Made by a program: the position numbers and the translations under genes
Part shown: positions 1 to 8,497 of the stretch, piece by piece
How positions within the stretch are numbered: the stretch's first letter is position 1
Layout: the number at the start of each line of letters is the position of its first letter
DNA from: an uncultured Chloroflexia bacterium
GTDB lineage: Bacteria; Chloroflexota; Limnocylindria; Limnocylindrales; CSP1-4
Length of the DNA stretch: 64,000 nucleotides
Direction of reading: 5' to 3'
Assembly (NCBI GenBank): GCA_963813535.1
Contig: CAWEZH010000003.1
Span: 768,001-832,000, forward strand
Notes under the pieces: generated by a model
Told to the model about the DNA's origin: nothing
The model's input: the letters and a program-made list of their open reading frames with translations, nothing else
Databases searched by the model: none

Positions 1-716
1 CGCTCCGGACGGCGCAATCGCCCGACGAATGCGCGCCGGTACCAATGCAGGTAGTGCGGCAGCCACTTGCGAAGCCGGAAGTTGCTCTGGCCGGCCGTCC
101 GATCCCGCCAGGTCGTGGGGACCTCGGCCACCGTCCGGCGATCGAGGGTCGCCTTGACGGTCAGCTCGAGAGCCAGCTCGAAACCGGCGGTGCTCTCGAT
201 GACGACCGTGTCGAGGAACCGGCGCGCGTAGAGCTTGAAGTTGTTGGTCGGATCGTGGGTCGGCACGCCGGCGAACCAATGGAGCGTCAGGCCCGCGGTT
301 CGGCTCATGATCCGCTTGAGCAGCGGTCCACCGACCTGTCGGCCCCCGCGCATGTAGCGCGACGCCGCGACGACGTCGGCGCCGTCCCGGGCGAGCCCGA
401 CCATCCGGTCGACGATGGCCGGCTCGTCCGAGCCGTCGGCCATCGTGATGAGCACGTAGTCCCCACGGCCCGCGGCGATGCCCGCCTTCATCGCGTTGAG
501 CACGCCCCGACCCAGGTCGTTGCGGAGGCCGCGGACCTGTGGCAGCTCGGCCGCCAACCTGGCGATGACCGGGACGGTCGGGTCCTCGTCGAAGTCGTAC
601 ACGACGAGGATCTCGTGGGGCGTGGCGATGTCCCGGGCGATCGCCCGGAGCGCCGGCTCGACGGCCTCGCCTTCCTTGAAGACCGGCATGACGATCGAGA
701 GCTCGGGGCCGGTCAT
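1..716 (-). CDS. GT2 polyprenol-phosphate sugar synthase (DPM1/ArnC-like), 3' end runs off the window
   Basis: Not in the ORF track. Manual translation from ATG 716 gives MTGPELSIVMPVFKEGE...VVYDFDEDPT...VLITMADGSD...VVAASRYMRGG...DPTNNFKLY...GFELALEL. ATGA overlap with the upstream methyltransferase. Confidence 0.85.
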   Translation of the reverse strand, partial: MTGPELSIVMPVFKEGEAVEPALRAIARDIATPHEILVVYDFDEDPTVPVIARLAAELPQVRGLRNDLGRGVLNAMKAGIAAGRGDYVLITMADGSDEPAIVDRMVGLARDGADVVAASRYMRGGRQVGGPLLKRIMSRTAGLTLHWFAGVPTHDPTNNFKLYARRFLDTVVIESTAGFELALELTVKATLDRRTVAEVPTTWRDRTAGQSNFRLRKWLPHYLHWYRRAFVGRLRRPE

Positions 717-1372
717 GGCCGGGCCTCGCCCACGAAGAGCGTTTGCCGGCCCAGCAGCCACCAGGCCGGCCGGAACCCGAGGTACGCACGGACCAGGCGC
801 GCGTCGGTCGGGAGCCGACCCTTTGTCGAGTAGGGCAGGAACCGGGTGACGAGCTCGACCGTATGGAGCTGCGCGAGCTCGGCCGCCTCGAGCAGGCTGC
901 GCTCGGTAAGGGCGACCTTGTGGTCGATGAAGTCCCAGTAGCGCGGCCCCACGAGCCGGATGTTGGGCTGCAGGATGATCGCCCGTCCGCCGGGTCGGAG
1001 CAGTTGCCGCGCGACCCGCAGCTGGTCGATGACGGCTTCGCTCGACTCCAGGTGCTCGAGGTAGTTGCTCATGAAGACCGTGCCGAAGTAGCCGTTCGGG
1101 ACCACGTCCGCAAGCGCGAGACCGGAGGACTGCACGAAACGGACGCGTTCGGGCAGAGCGTCCCGCATATCACGGATGTCCGTGGCCCAATGCTCCGAGG
1201 CCTGGGTCCAGCGGATGAAATGTCCGCGGTCGCACCCGATGTCGAGCACCGGAGCGTCGGGGTCGACCCAGCGCTGCAGGTAGCCGACGATCTCGCGCCA
1301 CACCGCGTCCTTGGCGCTGACCTCCCGTTCGTCGAACCGGGAGTCATACAGCTCCGGCAGGAGCCGGCTCAC
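713..1372 (-). CDS. Class I SAM-dependent methyltransferase
   Basis: VLDIGCDRG motif I, SNYLEHL and LLRPGG motifs; overlaps both neighbours. Confidence 0.85.
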   Translation of the reverse strand: MSRLLPELYDSRFDEREVSAKDAVWREIVGYLQRWVDPDAPVLDIGCDRGHFIRWTQASEHWATDIRDMRDALPERVRFVQSSGLALADVVPNGYFGTVFMSNYLEHLESSEAVIDQLRVARQLLRPGGRAIILQPNIRLVGPRYWDFIDHKVALTERSLLEAAELAQLHTVELVTRFLPYSTKGRLPTDARLVRAYLGFRPAWWLLGRQTLFVGEARP

Positions 1373-2391
1373 AGCCGGCCGGCCTCCACCTCACCGCGGA
1401 TCCAGGGGATGACCTCGTCGAGCATCTCGTCGAGCGTGGTCGTGGCCTCGAAGTCCAGCACGTCCCGCGCCTTGCGGACGTCCGGGACGCGCATCTGCAC
1501 GTCGTGATCGAAGGGCGGGTCGGACACGGTCCGGAACTCGCGATCGGGGCCATGGACCTTCCGCCAGATCGCTTCGGCGAGCTCGAGCACGGTCGTCGAC
1601 CGCGCCGTCGACAGGTTCACGTCCTCGTTGACCATCCGGTCCGATTCCAGCGCGAGCCGGATGCCGTGGGCAAGGTCGCCACCGTACGTGTAGTGGCGGA
1701 CCTGCGTCCCGTCGCCCAGGATGTGGAGCGGGTCCTGGCCGCGGAGGACCTTGAGCGCGAGGTCGGGCACCACGTGGGACAGCGCCAGCTTGACGTTGCC
1801 CGACATGACGTCCGTGTCGCGCAGCGCGCGGCGCTCCCCGATGCCGACGCAGTTGAACGGTCGGACGATCGTGTACGGCAGCTGGTATTGCTCCCAGGCT
1901 CCCTTCGCGAAGTACTCGGACGCGAGCTTCTGGAAGCCGTAGGTGGACACCGGCGGGGGCGACGAGAGCTCCGCGCCCTCGGGGGTCGGGAAGACCGTCG
2001 CCGACTCGTACACCATCGATGACGACATCACCACGATCCGCTGCAGGTGGCCGTCCCGATGCGCGGCGATGGCGGCGTCGAACGTCGAGGCGAGGATCCG
2101 CTCGTTTTCGGCGATCAGGTCGTAGGCGAACTCGTGGAAGTAGCTGATCCCGCCGATCATCGCGGCCGACGCGACGACCTGATCGACATCCGCGGCGAGC
2201 TCGCGCATCAGGCGCGCGTCCTTGGCATCACCCTCGACGAAGCGGTAGCACGGGTGGCTGTCGTACGACTTGGCGATGCGGCCGTACTTGGAGAAATCGT
2301 CGAGCCCGACGACGTCGTGACCCGCCTCGAGCAGCTCGGGGACGAGGTAGCCGTTGATGAACCCGGCCGCCCCGGTCACGAGGATCCGCAT
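1369..2391 (-). CDS. NAD-dependent nucleotide-sugar epimerase/dehydratase (extended SDR)
   Basis: Start is MRILVTGAAGFING at 2391, overlapping the upstream stop. SSSMVY, YGFQK (YxxxK) and RPFNCVG motifs. Confidence 0.9.
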   Translation of the reverse strand: MRILVTGAAGFINGYLVPELLEAGHDVVGLDDFSKYGRIAKSYDSHPCYRFVEGDAKDARLMRELAADVDQVVASAAMIGGISYFHEFAYDLIAENERILASTFDAAIAAHRDGHLQRIVVMSSSMVYESATVFPTPEGAELSSPPPVSTYGFQKLASEYFAKGAWEQYQLPYTIVRPFNCVGIGERRALRDTDVMSGNVKLALSHVVPDLALKVLRGQDPLHILGDGTQVRHYTYGGDLAHGIRLALESDRMVNEDVNLSTARSTTVLELAEAIWRKVHGPDREFRTVSDPPFDHDVQMRVPDVRKARDVLDFEATTTLDEMLDEVIPWIRGEVEAGRL

Positions 2392-3596
2392 CAGAGCCGG
2401 ATCCCGCCGCCGAGCACGCCCCACACGTCGACGACGTCCTTGCCGCCGACGTCGAGACCGCGGTACGCCCGATGCGGCGCCCCCAGCACCAGGATGTCGC
2501 TTTCGCCGAGCACGCAGTCGAGCGTCACGAGGCGATCGTCGTCGACGAACGGGTCGGTCCCGAGGACACGGGCGCCGGACCACGACAGCAGCTTGCGCAG
2601 CTTGTACGAGAGCGAGGCACGGGTATCGTCGGACTCCGCCTTGAACGCCATGCCGAGGATCCCGACGGTCTTCCCGTTCAGGCCGCCGTACCGGCGCTCG
2701 AGCGCCGCCACGATGTAGGCCGGCAGGCCCTCGTTGACCTGCATCGCGGCCTGCCCCATCGGGAAGTGGTCGGTCGTGAACGCGGCGAGCTGCATCGCGT
2801 CCTTGAACAGGCAAGGGCCAGCGGCGAAGCCCGGGCCGGGCAGGTCGGCAGCACGCGGATAGTCCTCGCGGATGGCCCGCAGGACGTTCGTGTAATCGAC
2901 CCCCGCCTGGTCGGCGATCATGAAGAACTGGTTCGCCACCGCGAATTTCATATAGCGCCAGGTGTTGGTGAAGAGCTTCGCGAGCTCGGCCTCCTTGGTC
3001 GAGGTGCGGATGGTCTTGGCGACGAGGTGCTGGAACAGGGCGCTCGCCCGTTCTGCCGAACGGTCGTCGTCGGCACCGATGATCTGCGGCAGCGTCCGCA
3101 GCTCCTCCAGGGCGTGGCCCTCGGCGATGCGCTCGGGGCAGAACGCGACGTCCACGGTGCAGCCGGCCTCGGCAAGGTGCTGGGTGACGTAGGCCGTTGT
3201 GCCCGGGTAGACGGTGCTCCGCAGGACGACCAGCGCGCCCTCCCGGAGGTGCGGGGCGATCTGGTTCACGACCTTCTCGAAGACGGTCATCGATGGCCCG
3301 AGGAACTCGTCGACCGGCGTCCCGACCACGACGATGAGGGCGTCGGTCCGCTCGATCATGTCACCCGACGTGCCCAACTCGAGCCGGCCGGTCCGCAGGA
3401 CCGACCGGAGCAGCTCGTCGGCACCGGTCTCGAGGAACGGCATCTCCCCTGCGCCGATCCGGTCGAGCGTCGACTGGTTGGTGTCGTAGACGCCCACGCG
3501 CAGCCCGGCGTCGGCCAGGGTCAGACTCAGGGGCAGCCCGACGTGGCCGCCGCCGCCGAGGACGACGACGTCGAGATCCGTCTGATCGTGGGTCAT
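2391..3596 (-). CDS. Nucleotide-sugar dehydrogenase (UDP-glucose/GDP-mannose/UDP-ManNAc dehydrogenase family)
   Basis: GGGGHVGLP, VGTP, RSTVYPG, CPERIAEG, AELAKLFTN, GPCLFKD and GMAFKAESDDTRAS motifs. Confidence 0.9.
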   Translation of the reverse strand: MTHDQTDLDVVVLGGGGHVGLPLSLTLADAGLRVGVYDTNQSTLDRIGAGEMPFLETGADELLRSVLRTGRLELGTSGDMIERTDALIVVVGTPVDEFLGPSMTVFEKVVNQIAPHLREGALVVLRSTVYPGTTAYVTQHLAEAGCTVDVAFCPERIAEGHALEELRTLPQIIGADDDRSAERASALFQHLVAKTIRTSTKEAELAKLFTNTWRYMKFAVANQFFMIADQAGVDYTNVLRAIREDYPRAADLPGPGFAAGPCLFKDAMQLAAFTTDHFPMGQAAMQVNEGLPAYIVAALERRYGGLNGKTVGILGMAFKAESDDTRASLSYKLRKLLSWSGARVLGTDPFVDDDRLVTLDCVLGESDILVLGAPHRAYRGLDVGGKDVVDVWGVLGGGIRL

Positions 3597-3644
3597 GAAC
3601 GCGAGTCTAGTCGCGCGGTGCGCGACGTCACCGCACCGATGGTC

Positions 3645-5054
3645 CTAGCCGTTCGTGTACACGGCTCCCTCTGCGTCGCGATGCAGCTCACGCCAGCCGG
3701 CCGCGACGAGCCGCTCCGCGAATGCCGTGTCGCGCGCCAGGGTCACCACGAACGCCACGTCCCAGGCCTCGAGCTGGTCATCCCAGTCGCCGACGCCCGC
3801 CGCGACCTCCTCATACCGCTGCCAGATCTCGGGCGTGAAGAGCTCGATCCGGGAATCGACCGCGACCAGCTGGTCCGGGAGGGCGTACTCGAACCACGAC
3901 CCCCACGACTGGGGATTGAAGATCCGGTCGCCTGGGCGGGCCAGGTCGCGAAGCGTCGCCGTCACTCCGGCGGGCGCCGGCGTCACCAGCTCGGCTGGCA
4001 CCCCTGCGCCCGGGACCGGCTGGCGGGCGGACGGTAGTGCGAGGAGGCAGGCGAGGACGAGAACGCCCGCCAAGAGCCCGTTCACCCGGCGCATCGAGAC
4101 GGTCTCGGTGCGTACCCTGGCCACGCCGGGTCGGACCAGCGTCCCGGAGATGGCGGTCACGGCCGCGATCGGCCACCAGGCCACCCCGCGCTGGGCGTAC
4201 ACCCCGATCAGGAAGAAGGCGCCGAGCCAGGCAAGGGTCGGCCAGTCGACGCGCCGACCGGACCGGGCGATCAGCGTCACGATCGCCAGGGCCGATCCGA
4301 AGAAGAGCAGCCCGGGCACGTCCCGGAGCGAGGTCGGTTGCCACTCCGTGATCTGCGAGGTGACCGCAGCGTTGGTCGTCAGCCCGGCCGCATACACCCA
4401 CACGAACGGCCCGAGCGGTGTGAGACACGCGGCGGCTGCGCTGACGATCGTCACGACGAGGGTCTGCCGGGCCACGGGCACGCGGTCGTGAAGGTCCTCG
4501 AGCCATGCGAGGCCGAGCACCAGCGGACCGAGGAAGAACGAGCCGTGGAGGTTGGCCCAGATGGCCACGATGACCGGGGCGAGCCAGAGGCGCTGCGGGT
4601 GGTCGCGGCGATCGACGACGAGCAGCAGCACCGCGACGAAGCACACCATGCCGAGCAGCTGCGGGCGGAGGGCGAGAGCCGGGGCGGCGACCACGAACGC
4701 GATCAGCGACAGGACCGCCGCGGTCCGGATGTCGAGTCCCCGTCGGACGGCGATCAACGCGGTGCCGCCGAAGATCACGCCGACCAGCACCGCGCGGAAC
4801 ACGGCCAGCCCGACCCAACCCCCGACCGACTCCACGAGGCGGAGCACCACCTGGGCACCCCACTGCTGGTCCAGCCACGGCTGCCCCTGCACGGTGAACG
4901 TCCACGTATCCACGGTCGCGATGCGGCCGGTCGCGAGGATCTCGGCGCCGGCCCGCAGCTGGTACGCGAGGTCCACGGTGGAGATCCGAGCGATCAGGGA
5001 GGCGAGGACCGGCAGCAGCACTGCCAGCGCGACCCACAGGCGGGCGAGCGTCAC
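3645..5054 (-). CDS. Multi-pass membrane protein, probable GT-C-fold glycosyltransferase (DLxxxLxxG...WANLHG family)
   Basis: About 11 TM segments; Asp in the first loop (TVDLAYQLRAG), RPQL, WANLHGSF and ITEWQP motifs; C-terminal soluble domain. Paralogue of 12964-14454. Confidence 0.6.
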   Translation of the reverse strand: MTLARLWVALAVLLPVLASLIARISTVDLAYQLRAGAEILATGRIATVDTWTFTVQGQPWLDQQWGAQVVLRLVESVGGWVGLAVFRAVLVGVIFGGTALIAVRRGLDIRTAAVLSLIAFVVAAPALALRPQLLGMVCFVAVLLLVVDRRDHPQRLWLAPVIVAIWANLHGSFFLGPLVLGLAWLEDLHDRVPVARQTLVVTIVSAAAACLTPLGPFVWVYAAGLTTNAAVTSQITEWQPTSLRDVPGLLFFGSALAIVTLIARSGRRVDWPTLAWLGAFFLIGVYAQRGVAWWPIAAVTAISGTLVRPGVARVRTETVSMRRVNGLLAGVLVLACLLALPSARQPVPGAGVPAELVTPAPAGVTATLRDLARPGDRIFNPQSWGSWFEYALPDQLVAVDSRIELFTPEIWQRYEEVAAGVGDWDDQLEAWDVAFVVTLARDTAFAERLVAAGWRELHRDAEGAVYTNG

Positions 5055-5066
5055 GGGCTCCCCGCG

Positions 5067-5903
5067 TCAGCGTCGCTGCATGCGCTCGACGAAGAGCGGC
5101 AGGCCGATGATCATCGCCAGGTTGGCGGGCCACAGCGTGGGGATGGCCAGCGTGGTCCCGACGATGAGGGTCCACCGCCGATCGGTCCGCGCGCCCCACG
5201 CGATCAGGGCGACGGCGGCGACGAGCCGAACGGCAAGGGGGACCGGGAAGAGCGGGTACGGCCACTGCTGGCGGGCATTCCCGACGAGGCTGTCGACCCA
5301 GTCGATCCAGTGGCCCGGCACGATCGCGAACGACACGGCGACGATCAGCGCCGTCGCGCCGAGCGCGATGGCCAGGGATCGCCATTCACGCCGGACGGCG
5401 AACCAGACGAGACCGACGCCGGGCGTCACCTTCGTGAGCAGCACGAATGCCCACGCTGCCGGATGCCGCAGCCCGACGTAGACCGCCGCCGCGAGCAGGA
5501 AGTGGATGTTGCCGACCTCGAGCTCGATCAGCGTGATCGGGATCAGCATCGCGATCAACAGCCAGTGGCGCGTGATGGCCATCAGGGTGACCGCGGTGAG
5601 GACGACCCACGCCGCCCCGAACCACTCGTAGGGCAGGGCCCTGAGCGGGGCGATCAGTTGCAGGAATGCCGGCGAGTAGAGATACGCGTTGGTCTCGCCC
5701 TCGCCGGACACGGCGTAAGGGTCGGCCCAGTCGGCCAGCCAATACGCTCGGGCGTCGTACAGCGGCATCGGTTGTCTCGTGAGGAAGAACACGAGATACG
5801 CGACGCCGAGGCCCAGGAAGATCAGGCGCCAATCCAGCACAGCCCGGACGCGTTCAAGCGTCCAGGCCTGACGCCAGGTGCGCGTTGCCGAGCCGGTCCC
5901 CAC
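5067..5903 (-). CDS. GT87/DUF2029-like membrane glycosyltransferase
   Basis: YDARAYW, YLYSPAF, GNIHFLLA and LLTKVTPG motifs. GTG 5903 chosen because TACCAT lies 7 nt upstream. Confidence 0.75.
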   Translation of the reverse strand: MGTGSATRTWRQAWTLERVRAVLDWRLIFLGLGVAYLVFFLTRQPMPLYDARAYWLADWADPYAVSGEGETNAYLYSPAFLQLIAPLRALPYEWFGAAWVVLTAVTLMAITRHWLLIAMLIPITLIELEVGNIHFLLAAAVYVGLRHPAAWAFVLLTKVTPGVGLVWFAVRREWRSLAIALGATALIVAVSFAIVPGHWIDWVDSLVGNARQQWPYPLFPVPLAVRLVAAVALIAWGARTDRRWTLIVGTTLAIPTLWPANLAMIIGLPLFVERMQRR

Positions 5904-5966
5904 GGCGCGGATGGTAGCGGTCCCTACCAAGGGCCCGCAGTCGCACGATGGTCCCACCCGCCCGGG

Positions 5967-7184
5967 TCAGACCGCGGCGGCGACCTCCGGCAGCGTGGAC
6001 GGCCGGACGACCCGGGCCCCTTCCTCGTAGATCCCCTGCACGGCCTCGACCATCAGGTCGATGCAGAAGCGATCGTGGACCATGTCGTGGCCCGCCCGGC
6101 CGAGGATGTCCGCGAACTGGTGGTCGCGCAGCAGCCGGACGATCGCCACCGCCAACGCGTCGGCGTCGTGCGGCGGCACGAGGAGGCCGTTCACGCCGTC
6201 GGTGATCATCTCCGGGATGCCGCCCACGTTCGAAGCGACCACGGGCCGTGACAGGGCCAGCGCCTCGAGGATCGACAAGCCCTGGGCCTCGCGATACGAC
6301 GGGAGCACCGCGACATCGAGTGCGGCGGTGACGGATGGCACGTCATCGCGCCGGCCGGTGAACACGACGCGGTGCGCGATCCGCAACTCGCGCGTGAGCG
6401 TCTCGAGTGCCTCGCGTCTGGAGCCCTCGCCTACGATCAGCAGGTACGCATCCGGAACGGCGCGGAGCACCTGCGGCCAGGCCTCGAGGAGCGTCGGGTG
6501 GCCCTTCTCGGGCTCCAGGCGAGCCACGACCCCCACGATCTGGGAACCCGGCTCCATGCCGTACTCCTCGGGGAGCGTGCAGCACGGCTCGGTGTGGTCG
6601 TAGCGCGACAGGTCGACGCCGTTGGAGATGCGCCGCACCGGTGCGCCCGTCCGACCTTCCTGAACGAGCTTGTCCTCGATCATGGAGGACACCGCGATGA
6701 GCTGGTCCATCTGCGGTGTGAGCAGCCGCAGCATCTCGCGGTCCTCCTCGGACCGGACGCGACTCGAATGGACCGTCGAGACGATGTAGGGCCGCCGGTG
6801 ACCCGCCTCGGCGAGGCCGATGGCCGCCCGCGTCCCCACCAGCTCGGCGCGGTACATGTGGTTGTGCAGGATGTCGGGCCGGACATCGACGAAGTGGGCG
6901 GCGAGTGCCCCCACCGCGATCGCGTCGTCGGGCTCGTCGATGACCAGGACGTCGAACCCCGCCCGCTGGAGCTTGCGCACCGCGCTGCCCGATGAGAGCG
7001 ACACCACGGACACGTCGAACCGATCGGGGTCCATCCGGCTGACGAGTCCGAAGACGTGCTCCTGCGCGCCGCCGGTGGTGCCGGTCGCCAGCAGCTCCAC
7101 GACGCGGATGCGGTTCGTGCCCGTGGACGTGGGGCGCGGCACCGTCTCGAGGCACGGATCGTGGCGCAGGTGTCCGTTGCCCAT
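5967..7184 (-). CDS. GT4 family glycosyltransferase
   Basis: GGAQEH, ISNGVD, VARLEPEKGH, EAQGLSILEA (EX7E) and SNVGGIPE motifs. Start uncertain. Confidence 0.9.
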   Translation of the reverse strand: MGNGHLRHDPCLETVPRPTSTGTNRIRVVELLATGTTGGAQEHVFGLVSRMDPDRFDVSVVSLSSGSAVRKLQRAGFDVLVIDEPDDAIAVGALAAHFVDVRPDILHNHMYRAELVGTRAAIGLAEAGHRRPYIVSTVHSSRVRSEEDREMLRLLTPQMDQLIAVSSMIEDKLVQEGRTGAPVRRISNGVDLSRYDHTEPCCTLPEEYGMEPGSQIVGVVARLEPEKGHPTLLEAWPQVLRAVPDAYLLIVGEGSRREALETLTRELRIAHRVVFTGRRDDVPSVTAALDVAVLPSYREAQGLSILEALALSRPVVASNVGGIPEMITDGVNGLLVPPHDADALAVAIVRLLRDHQFADILGRAGHDMVHDRFCIDLMVEAVQGIYEEGARVVRPSTLPEVAAAV

Positions 7185-8368
7185 CAGGCCGTCTGCCGGA
7201 GCAGGACGCGCTGGATCGGCTCGTCGACGGCGCCCCATTCGTACTTGTACGGCTCGTTGCCGCGCAGGAAATCCATCCGTCGGATGCCGCGCTCGAGGGC
7301 CCGCCGCACGAAGGCGTAGATCATCAGCACCCCGGGCGACAGGTCGCGTGCATCGGGGTCGATGCCGGCGTTGTAGTACAGGAGATCGGTCTCGGTCTCG
7401 AAGTGGACCCCGGCGGCGATCGGCTTGTCGCCGACGGTCAGGATCGTCAGCCGGAACGGCCCGTCGGGACCGAACAGCTCGAACATCCGTCGGAACAGGA
7501 CGCGACTCTGTTCGCCACCCCGTGTCGATGGGAACAGGCCGCGCTCGCCCCAGCGCTTCTGATGGAGCTCGATGAACAGCTCGAGGTCGGCCTGCGGGTC
7601 GCGCGAGTCGTCGAGCCGGATCTCACCGGTCGACTCGGCTCGGCGGACCTTGCGCCGGATCTCGTGCCGCTCCTTCTTGCCGAGCGTCGACAGGTAGCCC
7701 TCGATATCGACGCCATCGGGGAACGTGACGACCGGACAGACGTCCTCGCGCTCGACGGTCAGCGACCAGCCGTTCGCCACCTCGAGCGATCCGAAGGCGG
7801 CCGCCAGCTGGCCACCGGCCGGGTCCTGGCAGCGCAACCGGCGCAGGTCGACGACGTCCCACTCGCCGCTCGCCATGCTGGCGACATAGCCGGCGACTGC
7901 GCTCGCCACCCCCGGCAAGGACGCCGGCTCGGTCAGGATCGTCGCGTAGTCGGCGTGATACGAGGCACCGAACAGGATCGCCGTCGCTGTCGGCGGAACG
8001 GAGGTGAGCCCGCCGTCCGCCGCGTGGCGCATCGTCGTGTGTGTCGCCGCGTCGGTCGGCTCGACCTCGTGCCGGTGCATCAAGGGGACGATGGCGACGG
8101 GATCGGATCCATCATCGCGGCAGACGACGAGGGTCTCGTCGTGGGCGTTGTCGCCATATGCGTCCCACCACGCCCGCTGGAATGCCCATGACGAGAACGG
8201 CGACGCCGACGGCGTGCCGGCCGCGAGCGCGTCCCAGGCGGAGCGTGGGATCGAGTCGAACGGCCGCCGCTCCGCGTGCAGCGCGATCGTCGATCCGGCC
8301 GAAGGTGTCGGAAGGCCCTCGAGGGGCCCGGGACAGGCGGGCTCCGCGTCGAGCGTGGGAGCGGTCAT
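7184..8368 (-). CDS. CelD/BcsL-like GNAT acyltransferase
   Basis: SPFSSWAF..AWW, YHADY, YLSTLGKKERHEIRRK, LYYNAG, SPGVL and DFLRGNEPYKYEWGA motifs. Confidence 0.85.
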   Translation of the reverse strand: MTAPTLDAEPACPGPLEGLPTPSAGSTIALHAERRPFDSIPRSAWDALAAGTPSASPFSSWAFQRAWWDAYGDNAHDETLVVCRDDGSDPVAIVPLMHRHEVEPTDAATHTTMRHAADGGLTSVPPTATAILFGASYHADYATILTEPASLPGVASAVAGYVASMASGEWDVVDLRRLRCQDPAGGQLAAAFGSLEVANGWSLTVEREDVCPVVTFPDGVDIEGYLSTLGKKERHEIRRKVRRAESTGEIRLDDSRDPQADLELFIELHQKRWGERGLFPSTRGGEQSRVLFRRMFELFGPDGPFRLTILTVGDKPIAAGVHFETETDLLYYNAGIDPDARDLSPGVLMIYAFVRRALERGIRRMDFLRGNEPYKYEWGAVDEPIQRVLLRQTA

Positions 8369-8497
8369 CGGGCCGAGGATAGCATCGGGTGACCGATATG
8401 GTTGCGGGCGCAACGGAGCTGCCTAGTACGTTCGGCGACCACCGGTGGAGCGAAAGGCGGTCGGTGACATCACGCACCGGGCTGCTACGGTCGCGAC

